A stretch of 64,000 nt of DNA from an uncultured Candidatus Saccharibacteria bacterium (GTDB lineage Bacteria > Patescibacteriota > Doudnabacteria > UBA920). A model generated the notes under the pieces. That model made no database searches, was not told the DNA's origin, and was given only the letters and a program-made list of their open reading frames with translations. The translations under genes and the position numbers were made by a program. Shown in pieces: positions 46,055 to 55,600 of the stretch (position 1 is the stretch's first letter; every line of letters begins with the position of its first letter). Location: positions 19,815 through 83,814 of the forward strand of contig CAZBAS010000001.1 in assembly GCA_964490395.1 (NCBI GenBank), written 5' to 3'.

Positions 46055-48118
46055 CTATTTCTTTTTCAATTTTGAAAGTTTCTTTGCGGCGGTTATTTTG
46101 TCTCGTAGGGTTGCGGCCAACTCGAATTCCAAGTTTTTTGCAGCGAGCTCCATTTGGTTTTCTAGTTCTTCCAAGTAGTACTTCAACTCTTCTTTGTTGA
46201 GCTTGCCCGGATCAACTTCTTGTATACTGCTCCCTGGAAGTGTTTCTGGTATTTTACTTCCGGCCATGCGCGTATCTGCTATGGCTTTTTGTATGCCTTT
46301 AGGAGTTATACCGTGCTCTTCATTGTATTTTTGTTGGAGCGTGCGACGTCTGGTGGTTTCTTTTATGGCGCGGTCCATGGAACCGGTCATGCGGTCTGCA
46401 TACATAATAACGTGCCCGTGTAAGTGGCGAGCAGCACGGCCAATAATTTGCATAAACGCTGTTTCGCTTCTCAGGAACCCTTCTTTGTCTGCATCGAGTA
46501 TCGCCACGAGCGATACTTCGGGGAGGTCTAGTCCTTCACGTAAAAGATTAATGCCTACTAGGACATCATAAATTCCCAAACGCAAGTCACGCAGGGTTTC
46601 TATGCGCTCCATGGTGTCTACTTCGGAGTGAATGTACTGAACTTTAATATTTGCCTCTTTTAAATACTCGGTAAGCTCTTCTGCCATGCGCTTTGTAAGG
46701 GTTGTTACCAGCACACGCTCATGCTTTTTTATGCGGTCCTGAATTTGTTCAAGCAGGTCGTCTACCTGATTCTTGATCGGCTTTATCTCTATGGTCGGGT
46801 CCACTAAGCCTGTTGGACGTATAATTTGCTCCACTACTGTAGGAGTAGAATTTCCAATTTTCAATTTCCTATTTCCAATTTTTTGATGAGTTTTTATATT
46901 CTCATTTTCTTCGACACTCTTGCGAATCTCGTACGGTCCTGGTGTGGCAGACACATAGACCACTTGATCAACTTTCTTTTCAAATTCAGCAAACTGCAAT
47001 GGGCGGTTGTCCATGGCACTGGGCAGGCGGAATCCATAATCCACTAGTGTTGTTTTGCGAGCGCGGTCGCCATTGTACATGGCACCAACCTGGGGGATGG
47101 TTTGGTGGGATTCATCCACGAACAATAAAAAGTCGTCGGGAAAATAATCAATCAAAGTAGAGGGTGGGTCGCCGGCTTGGCGTCCGTCCATGTGGCGGGA
47201 ATAGTTTTCTATACCAGCGACAAAACCCGTATTTGTAAGCATTTCCAAATCAAAGTTTGTTCGTTGTTCAAGCCGGGCTGCCTCAAGAATCTTCCCTTGC
47301 CCGCGCAATACCGCGAGCTGCTCAAGTAGTTCATTGCGAATATTTTTTATGGCCGTGTGTATGGCGTCTTCGGTTGCTACAAAGTGTTTTGCCGGAAATA
47401 TGTGAATGCTATCAAGCACGTCCAGTGTTTCGCCAGTAAGAACGTCGCGGCGCTCAATTTTTTCTAATTCATCACCAAAAAATTCCAAACGGATAAGTGT
47501 GTCTTCGCTGGCAAGTACAATTTCCAAGGTGTCACCTTGCGCCCTGAATGTGCCGCGCTTTAAGTCAAAATCGTTCCTGTGGAATTGTAAATCCGTAAGT
47601 CTGCGCAGGAGTTTATCGCGCTTGAGCTGCTGTCCCTTTTTAAGCTCCATGGATAGCTCCATGTAGTTCGCTGGGTTACCAAGACCATAAATACAGGACA
47701 CCGAAGCTACTATTAATACATCTTTTCGGGTGAGCAAGCTTTGCGTTGCAGCGTTGCGGAGCCGGTCTATTTCTTCGTTTATTTGGGTTTCTTTTTCTAC
47801 AAATGTGTCAGAGCGGGGGATATACGCCTCCGGTTGGTAGTAGTCGTAGTAGGAAACAAAGTAGTGTACGGCGTTGTTGGGGAAAAATTCTTGGAACTCG
47901 CTGGCCAGTTGAGCTGCCAGAGTTTTGTTGTGGCACATTACGAGCGTAGGCCGTTGTAGCTCTTGGACTACATTTGCCATGGTGAATGTTTTGCCGCTTC
48001 CGGTTACGCCCAAGAGCGTCTGGTGTTTGTTTCCAGATTTTAAGGAGGCGATTATTCCTGCGATGGCCCTTGGTTGATCACCTGCCGGTTTATACGTACT
48101 TTGTAGGTCAAACTGCAT
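46055..48118 (-). CDS. uvrB: Excinuclease ABC subunit B.
   Basis: [14 protein letters not shown] (Walker A), helicase motifs, beta-hairpin region, and C-terminal UvrB/UvrC interaction coiled-coil. Contains a ~20-aa low-complexity insertion ([20 protein letters not shown]). Confidence 0.95.
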   Translation of the reverse strand: MQFDLQSTYKPAGDQPRAIAGIIASLKSGNKHQTLLGVTGSGKTFTMANVVQELQRPTLVMCHNKTLAAQLASEFQEFFPNNAVHYFVSYYDYYQPEAYIPRSDTFVEKETQINEEIDRLRNAATQSLLTRKDVLIVASVSCIYGLGNPANYMELSMELKKGQQLKRDKLLRRLTDLQFHRNDFDLKRGTFRAQGDTLEIVLASEDTLIRLEFFGDELEKIERRDVLTGETLDVLDSIHIFPAKHFVATEDAIHTAIKNIRNELLEQLAVLRGQGKILEAARLEQRTNFDLEMLTNTGFVAGIENYSRHMDGRQAGDPPSTLIDYFPDDFLLFVDESHQTIPQVGAMYNGDRARKTTLVDYGFRLPSAMDNRPLQFAEFEKKVDQVVYVSATPGPYEIRKSVEENENIKTHQKIGNRKLKIGNSTPTVVEQIIRPTGLVDPTIEIKPIKNQVDDLLEQIQDRIKKHERVLVTTLTKRMAEELTEYLKEANIKVQYIHSEVDTMERIETLRDLRLGIYDVLVGINLLREGLDLPEVSLVAILDADKEGFLRSETAFMQIIGRAARHLHGHVIMYADRMTGSMDRAIKETTRRRTLQQKYNEEHGITPKGIQKAIADTRMAGSKIPETLPGSSIQEVDPGKLNKEELKYYLEELENQMELAAKNLEFELAATLRDKITAAKKLSKLKKK

Positions 48119-48281
48119 AGGGTAAGCTTACCAGATATTGTCATGGTGCAAAACCAAGCAGTATATATAGATGAGTCAATCTTGCATATACATGATAAAC
48201 GTGATATAATGATTTCAATTGCTTACAAATTCCCCAAAATTAGGGAGCTGAAACAAAAAATAAATTAACAAAAGAATATTT

Positions 48282-51113
48282 ATGTCAGAAAACACGAGCT
48301 CATGGGTGAGTCGGGTCGTTTTGAACCGCATTCCCGTTGTAGCATCTCTTGCGATCGGCAGCATTGCGCTGGTTGCATCCGTCGTCACCACTTCTCCTAT
48401 TGGAGGACCAGTGGCTTTTGGTCGTCCAGACCCAGCCAGGAGTGACGCAAGTGCTAAGATGTTGTACGCAGACCCAAATCCAATATCCGTTTGTAATGGA
48501 GCAACTGCTTCAACAACGCTCTATTGGAATATAGGCCAGGCAAAACAGTATAAGTTGTTTAGAGATAATGCTGGTACACCGTTTAAGCAGGGGGTAGGCT
48601 CTGGAAAGTATACGGTAGATTCAGTTTCTGTGGGCACCGTGTTCAGAATTGACGCGTACACCACCAGAATTCAGACAACAAAATCTGGAAATCGTCAGGT
48701 GCGAACTCCTGTTCAGGTTAAAGATAGCTCTTCTACTATAACTATTTCCCTTAGCCCGGCAACGGATTGTGCACCACCAGTAGATCCAGATCCAGCTCCT
48801 GCGAAAGCATCTTTTGAGTTTGTGACACAACAATTGCCAAGCGCAAATACTGGTATAGGCTACGATAGTGGAAAAATTAGCTTCCAGTACCACACCACAG
48901 GCACGAACTATGCAACTAACGTTAGTTTTAGTGGTCTACCAGCAGGTATAACTACTGGCAGCGCATCCCATCCGAATGAGGTTATTGGCGTGCTTCCTGG
49001 GATTGATGGCCCAAATGGTCAAGCATCGGTTACTTTGGTAGGGACTCCAACAACTGCAGGAACGTATGCAGTTACCATGGCCTTAACCGACCAATACGGT
49101 ACAAATGCTACCAAAACTTACCAGTTAGTAGTGAATACGCGCCCAGTAGTGGTACTTCCTCTAACTTGTACTCCAAACGCTAAAAATATCGGAACTGGCC
49201 AAGAAGTATCCTTTGCGGCAGCAGGCGGTACTGGTAGCTATACGTGGTCAGCCCCAGGCGCAACTGGCGGGGACTTAAATGCTCAAATACTGAAGGTTTC
49301 TTATGCTTCAGGAGGGGTTAAAACCGTTACTTTACGCTCTGTTCCACAAAGTGCTGCAGAAGCAGTAACTTGTGAAGTTTCTGTAATTACTCCCCAGCCT
49401 CCAATAGTACAGCCTCGCGTAGGTCGGCTCATTACAAAAGCAGACGGTGTAGTGTACTTGGTGGGCGACAATGGGCTCATTGGTATACCAAGCATGGCAG
49501 TATTTAACTCCTGGTGCTTTAGTATTTCCGATTTAACCCCTGCGAATACCGCAGAGGCAGCGCTCTCGCAGGTTTCAGTGCTTGAAACCCGGGCAAATGG
49601 CCAAACACTCCCTGCTGGGGTATCGGTATTAAAAGTTACTACTTGTCCCGCAGGTGTTACACCTCCTGCAAATGTTCAGGCCAGAACTGGCCAACTTATA
49701 AATAGAGATGGAACCGTATTGCTCGTGGGGGATAATGGGGTAATTGGCATTCCTACTTTAGCCATATTTAACTCTTGGTGCTTTAGTTTTGGTCAGGTGG
49801 TTGAAGCAAATAGCGCAGAAAGAGCAATGTCCCAAGTGGGATTGCTCGAAATGCGTGCTGCAGGGCAAACGCTTCCTGCGGGCGTATCGGTGCTTAAGGT
49901 GACAACATGTTCAAACACTCCACCTCCTGCTGTAGAAAACCGTTCTCCAGTTAGCTCGGTGGACCTTGCAGACTGTGACCAAAATGTTATTAAAGGTTGG
50001 GCAGCGGACCCAGATGCCCTTACCGATTCAATAGTTGTTCGTTTGCTCGATGGCGGTGTTGGTGGAACCGTTATTAAAAGCCAGCCTACAGATATCCTGC
50101 GCGCTGACGTAAACACCTATCTTGCAAGTCAGTATAATGCGGGCCATGCAGTTACCGGTAGTCATGGATTCTCCTTTGACTTAACCCCAATTCGAGCAGA
50201 CGAAAAAGTACACTTGTTCGCTCTGGAATTGGTTGATAACACTGGTGCTATTGTAAAAGCAAACATAGGCAATGCAGCAAGTTTTGTTTGTCAGGCGTCG
50301 ACGGTTGCTCATGCAAGCCTTTCTGTGAGCTATAAGCAAATTACACTTCTCGATAAGCACGACACGAGTGTTGTTATAACCGATCCAACCGGACGGGATG
50401 ATACAACTGTTACCTATAAAGAAGACACGGTTACCGTTGGCGACACTATGGATATATGTCCAGGGCCAGACGGTGCCATAGGGCGACGAAAAAATGTAGC
50501 TCTTGCAGGTTGGATTAGCCCTAACGGAGGCAGTATCTTTGTAAAAGACAGTGTGACGAACCAAGAAAAATGGTTTGCTACGTTAGTCGGTCCTACCCCA
50601 CAGACAAATATGTGGACCGCGCAGTTAGGCCCAGGAAATACTGCTATTACGTACACATTCAGAGCCTCAAACTACTATTCTGGAGCTAATACTCTTTTGA
50701 CCAAGACTGTTACTGTGCGCCCCATAACTGGCGCATGTGATCCGGGCGAATACACGCTAACCTATTTCTTGGACACCACTCCATATTGCCCATTAAATAA
50801 CCAGTATACTCGCGCATACGCTACTGCTACGCTTGAAAATGTCAGCTCGCAGCCTCCACTGAGTGCATCAGACGCAATAGTTGTGAAGTTTAGACCCTTT
50901 GGTAAGGCCGACGTGCCAGAAAACTGGCAGGTAATTCCTGTAGAAGTTAAGCAGGCTTACACTAACGACCCTCACTACTTTGTTATATCCACCTTGGCTT
51001 TCCCTATGCAGCAAAAAGGTACCTACGATTTCTTCCTTAAGTTTAGAGGAAAGACAATCCATCAGGTAAGCAAGGAATACTTTGTTGGAATACCTGGTCC
51101 GTTCTGCGAGTAG
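48282..51113 (+). CDS. Large (943 aa) membrane-anchored extracellular protein with Ig-like/cadherin-like domains and two tandem ~95-aa repeats.
   Basis: N-terminal TM. He_PIG/cadherin-like segment (GLPAGITTG...VTLVGTPTTAGTYAVTMALTDQYG). Tandem repeats VGRLITKADGVVYLVGDNGLIGIPSMAVFNSWCFS... / TGQLINRDGTVLLVGDNGVIGIPTLAIFNSWCFS... at 49430..49920. Confidence 0.5.
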   Translation: MSENTSSWVSRVVLNRIPVVASLAIGSIALVASVVTTSPIGGPVAFGRPDPARSDASAKMLYADPNPISVCNGATASTTLYWNIGQAKQYKLFRDNAGTPFKQGVGSGKYTVDSVSVGTVFRIDAYTTRIQTTKSGNRQVRTPVQVKDSSSTITISLSPATDCAPPVDPDPAPAKASFEFVTQQLPSANTGIGYDSGKISFQYHTTGTNYATNVSFSGLPAGITTGSASHPNEVIGVLPGIDGPNGQASVTLVGTPTTAGTYAVTMALTDQYGTNATKTYQLVVNTRPVVVLPLTCTPNAKNIGTGQEVSFAAAGGTGSYTWSAPGATGGDLNAQILKVSYASGGVKTVTLRSVPQSAAEAVTCEVSVITPQPPIVQPRVGRLITKADGVVYLVGDNGLIGIPSMAVFNSWCFSISDLTPANTAEAALSQVSVLETRANGQTLPAGVSVLKVTTCPAGVTPPANVQARTGQLINRDGTVLLVGDNGVIGIPTLAIFNSWCFSFGQVVEANSAERAMSQVGLLEMRAAGQTLPAGVSVLKVTTCSNTPPPAVENRSPVSSVDLADCDQNVIKGWAADPDALTDSIVVRLLDGGVGGTVIKSQPTDILRADVNTYLASQYNAGHAVTGSHGFSFDLTPIRADEKVHLFALELVDNTGAIVKANIGNAASFVCQASTVAHASLSVSYKQITLLDKHDTSVVITDPTGRDDTTVTYKEDTVTVGDTMDICPGPDGAIGRRKNVALAGWISPNGGSIFVKDSVTNQEKWFATLVGPTPQTNMWTAQLGPGNTAITYTFRASNYYSGANTLLTKTVTVRPITGACDPGEYTLTYFLDTTPYCPLNNQYTRAYATATLENVSSQPPLSASDAIVVKFRPFGKADVPENWQVIPVEVKQAYTNDPHYFVISTLAFPMQQKGTYDFFLKFRGKTIHQVSKEYFVGIPGPFCE

Positions 51114-51122
51114 TATAGTTCT

Positions 51123-51160
51123 AAATAAAAGAAGCCCGGAAAGGGCTTCTTTTATTTTTA
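51123..51160. terminator. Bidirectional terminator between convergent genes.
   Basis: aaataaaa-gaagccc-ggaa-agggcttc-ttttatttt. Confidence 0.7.
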
Positions 51161-51184
51161 GTAGTGCCTAATGTTGCCGCGCCG

Positions 51185-52477
51185 TTAAGGCTTGTTTTGG
51201 GCATTCTGGATAATGTTTTTGTACTCATCGGCGCTGGGCCGGAGAGAGCGCACAAACGTTTTGTTATTAACCGATGCAAGGCCAAATTTGGGCCAAAAAC
51301 CCTTGTCCCATTCAAAGTTATCGAGCAGTGACCAGTAAAAATAGCCTCGCATGTCTACCCCAGCGGTAAGTAGCTTTTGCACTTGTTCCACATGGTCGGT
51401 AATGTACTGTGCTCGATATTGGTCGTTTCTATCTGCTATACCATTTTCTGTAACAATAATTGGTTTTTTGTAACGTTTCCATACAAGCAACGCATATTTG
51501 TATAGTCCTGCGGGATATATTTCTTGGCCCATGTCACTGGCGGGTCCTGGTTGTAGTATCTCTCTGGGTAGGGGAATAAGGTATTTGCTTTTACGAAACC
51601 CAATTACGCCACGGGTGTAGTATTGAATACCAATAAAGTCCGTATGGTTCTGAATGCCATTTAAAAATTTCCAATTCGCAAAGTAGTGTACCGCATGTAC
51701 TAGGAGCCGATTGTACCAGTGGTTGCCTTCTGCTTCTGCATACACAGCTGCCTGAGCACAGCCAATTTGCGCATTGCTGTTCACCGTTTTTATGGCCGCA
51801 TATGCCTTATTGTGCGCGCGAATCATGTTGCGGTAGGCGGTGAGCCCCGCCACTATGTTTTTTCTGCGGGGTGGGATGCTTCCGGCAATATATCCGCCGC
51901 CTACGTTAAGGACTGGCTCATTCAAAACAGTCCAGTGGGTTACGCTCGAACCAAAAGTTTCAGCCAATAATTTTGCATAGAACACGAAAGTACGAACAGA
52001 TTCAGGGTGCGCCCAGCCGCCTTTTCGAGCAAACCACACGGGTACGGTCCGGTGAAGAATGGTGATACATGGTTCTATATTGTTCGCCTTGAGGGCGGCA
52101 ATGATATGTTTGTAGTGAGCCAGCGCTTCATTGTTAATTTTGCCGAATTCCGGCTCTATTCTGGACCATTCTACAGAAAACCGATATGCATTTACGCCAA
52201 GCTCTTTGAGTAGTGCGACATCTTCTACCCATCGGTTATAGCTATCATCACACGGCCCAGAAATGTAATTCTTCGGGTCAATAGCCTCTGCTTTAACCTG
52301 CTGCCAAATAGGGGACCGCTTTTCAAACGCCTTTGGCGCATCTGCGGCGAGCTGCGTTGCATGTTCTTGTTCAAATACAGACCAGTCATTGGTGGTGTTT
52401 CCTTCTATTTGGTGACTTGCGGTGGAGACGCCCCAGAAAAATTTTTTGGGAAAGGACGTTTGTGTCATAGATGGCAT
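51185..52477 (-). CDS. Glycoside hydrolase family 1 beta-glucosidase.
   Basis: N-terminus FPKKFFWGVSTASHQIEGN, acid/base TLNEP (WTVLNEP), nucleophile ITENG (IIVTENGIAD), and NAYRFSVEWSRIEP. Confidence 0.85.
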   Translation of the reverse strand: MPSMTQTSFPKKFFWGVSTASHQIEGNTTNDWSVFEQEHATQLAADAPKAFEKRSPIWQQVKAEAIDPKNYISGPCDDSYNRWVEDVALLKELGVNAYRFSVEWSRIEPEFGKINNEALAHYKHIIAALKANNIEPCITILHRTVPVWFARKGGWAHPESVRTFVFYAKLLAETFGSSVTHWTVLNEPVLNVGGGYIAGSIPPRRKNIVAGLTAYRNMIRAHNKAYAAIKTVNSNAQIGCAQAAVYAEAEGNHWYNRLLVHAVHYFANWKFLNGIQNHTDFIGIQYYTRGVIGFRKSKYLIPLPREILQPGPASDMGQEIYPAGLYKYALLVWKRYKKPIIVTENGIADRNDQYRAQYITDHVEQVQKLLTAGVDMRGYFYWSLLDNFEWDKGFWPKFGLASVNNKTFVRSLRPSADEYKNIIQNAQNKP

Positions 52478-52678
52478 GTTCGAAATGGCAATATTTTAGA
52501 ACTATAAGTAGTGATTGTATTGTAGCATCCAACTGAGCTTTACTAATATATGAAAACCTGATATAATCAACTTAAGAAATTACATTTCTGAAACAAAAAA
52601 CAATTTAATATGTCCCGTGTCTTTTTGGCCAAAAAATAGCCAAGGAGATGTGGTGATATACAAAGAAAAATACAATTC

Positions 52679-55600
52679 ATGCCATCTTCTGTGCAGTCAT
52701 TCGCGCAGGCTTCTCCGGACCAAAGCCGCGCGCATGGTTTTGTCAGGTTTTTGACCCAAACAAAGGTTAACCAGCTCTCCGCATTTGCAATAATAATTGC
52801 GAGTGCTTTTTCCGTTATTTCTGTGCTGTTGCACAGCACCCCAGTCACTCCGGATGAAACGTATGCGTTAGTAGCCCACGAAGGCGCCCCCATGGCACTT
52901 GCCTATGACGCAACTACCCCAGCACATCCGCAGGTGCTCGGCCGAACTACCTTGGCTCCCGTTATAAAATTGCCGGGGACCATACAAGGGTATCGCACAG
53001 CCCCAGCTGGCCAGACTTTGCCGGATGCTGTTATAACTGCAGGGGCATATGCATCGAATTCTGCAGACAGTTCCTATACCTCATCGGTTCCGGCAGGGCA
53101 GCAGGTGGTAACCACCTCAGAGCCTACGGGGTACGATGTATTTTATTCTGTGTGTACGAATTGTACAGAGCATCCCGACTCTAGTTATGTGCAGGGAAAT
53201 GCAGCTATAGTAACAGTTACCAGTTCCGGGTATGTAGATGTATGGTGGAAATACGTAGCCCGAGCCCAGCAGAATACCGGTTTAACGGTTTCTATAGACA
53301 AGGCCGAAGTTGCCGCTGGCGGTGTGTATGTGGTTTCTGCAAAGGATGCTCAAGGGCAGATTTTTAGCGGGGCTACGGACTTTGAAGTTACTGTTTGTGA
53401 TTATGCAAACAATACTCAATGCGGCGCTACGACAGTAATGGCGCCTTTGGCAGATGGGATTTTTAGTAATGGCAGAAACATTCGCCAGACTACCAGTGCT
53501 ACTCCGAGCGGTTTGTACAAGTTTCGTATACGACCTGCTGGACAGAGTGCAACTCCTTGGAGTAACCTTCTCACGGTAAAGGTGTCGCCAGTCCAAGCAA
53601 ACGCCCTTTCCATACTTCTAAGTTCTTCGACAGTTTCAACGCCGGCAACTACTGTTACCGTACCGTACGGAGGCACCTACACGCTCTATGCTAAGCAGGG
53701 TGGACAAAATTATAACGGCCAACTAGAGTACCAGCTTCAGGTGTGCCAACTCAGCAACCAGTCACAGTGTTCTGCCATGACTACTGGGCCATGGGGCAAC
53801 TATACTCTTTCAAGCGGGCAAGTAACTGTAGGGTTAGATACTACTGCACCTGGTGTATATAAGGCTAAATTCCGCCCTCGTAACCAAACAAGTTGGCAAT
53901 GGAGCAATGAAATAGTTGTTACGGTAAATGCTGCCTCTTCAGCTGGTGCTCACACGTACCAGGAAGGTAATGTGCTATTTTTGGATACAGGTGCACTAAA
54001 GGTTGGCGCGGATATCCATTGGGGTGGTGCAATAACTCACGTGCTAGCGAATGGCCTTGATATGGTTAATCGCCATGATACCGGACGGGAAGCACAATTT
54101 GCGTTGTACGATGGCGAAGCCCAGTATGATGGCTGTGCTGGCTGCTCGGGGACATTTGGCTGGGATCCGGTTCAGGGTGGTGATACCCACGGCAACGGGA
54201 GTGCTGTGCTGTCTAAGGAGCTTGGTGCAGACTATATATATACCAAGACCGCGCCTATTCATTGGAATCCTTCGGGTGTTGGTGGTGGCGCAGGTCAGCC
54301 AGTGGTGAGCGATGTAGTAATTGAGCAGTGGGTTCGTGGCGTTCCTGGTTTGCCTTCAGTTGCGCAAGTGCAATACAAAATTACACATACCGGAACCGAT
54401 ACCCATACCAATAGCTTTCAGGAGCTGCCCGCATTTTATGTAAATAAAGATTTTTCAAAAACAATTACGTATGCAGGGGATGAGCCCTGGACGAACGGTG
54501 CTACAAGCACACGAACATACCCGCCCTCTACAAACGATAGGCCTTTTTTCAAAGCTACTGAGCGGTGGGCTGCGCAGGTAAACAGTGACGGTGTTGGGGT
54601 GGGGCTGTTTGCTCCTGGTGAGTTTAATATGATGGCCGGACTGTATTTTCCCGGGGTTGGTAGTGGTGGGCCAAATGGCGATGCAACCTATTATTTGCGC
54701 CCAGAATGTGGATTTAGTTTTTCACCAGGAAGCGTTGCAGCGGGTTCGTATTACATTGCAACTGGTTCTTCTACGGCAATACGGCAAGCTATATACGCCT
54801 TGCATAACCAATTGCCAGCTAGTGATACCTGTGGAGTATATGGGTATTCAAACATGGATACTCCCACACCAAACCAAACTCTTTCTGGCTCAGTGGTTGT
54901 AGGTGGGTGGTTATTTGATAATGTTGGAGTGCAAACTATAGACGTCCTGGTTGACGGTATTGTGGTTGGTCAAGCATGGTACGGGGCCCCCCGCCCAGAT
55001 GTAATTGCTTTTTACCCAGGCGCTCCGACGAATGCTGGGTATGGATACACCTGGGACACAACAACACTTGCCAACGGGAATCATACGCTCCAGCTTCGTG
55101 TTACCGATACGAGCGGTATAGTTAGTATGATGCCTACGCGAAAAGTGGTCACAGCGAATTCTGGTGTACCGACTAGTGTGGTTCGCGATGGCTACGTAGA
55201 TACTGCGACTAGTGCAAGCATTGCCGGGTGGACGTACGATTCATCAAACGGCAACACCGGACAGCCGGTTACCATTGTAGTGGTAAGCACAAGTAATTCT
55301 CAAACAACTTTTTCTAAAACTGTACAACCAAGCGTAGTGCGCGGGGATGCGGCAGGGTATTTACACCAAACATACGGCCCTACACTTACGGTAACCAATA
55401 CCAATGAGCACCCTCTCGGGTTTGTAATAGACCCGGCAACATTTATATCAACACCAGGCACATATAAAATTCAAAGTGTTGCGACTAGCCGCGGATATGC
55501 TGTCGCCATAGATCAAGCCGCTCAGGGCCAGTTTGTGGTTGGCGCGACCTCTGCAAATCAACTCTCTGTTACGGTTGGTGCTGTCGCAGCCTCTACGCAG

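Noticed and set aside
46194-47959. Plus-strand ORFs of 60-125 aa across uvrB (46194..46571, 46826..47160, 47257..47666, 47741..47959). Similar antisense ORFs lie across ruvB (30771..31115, 31244..31441, 31332..31712) and pilB (35568..36380 minus).
   Set aside because: All lie antisense within confidently identified conserved genes and show no recognisable features. They are spurious.
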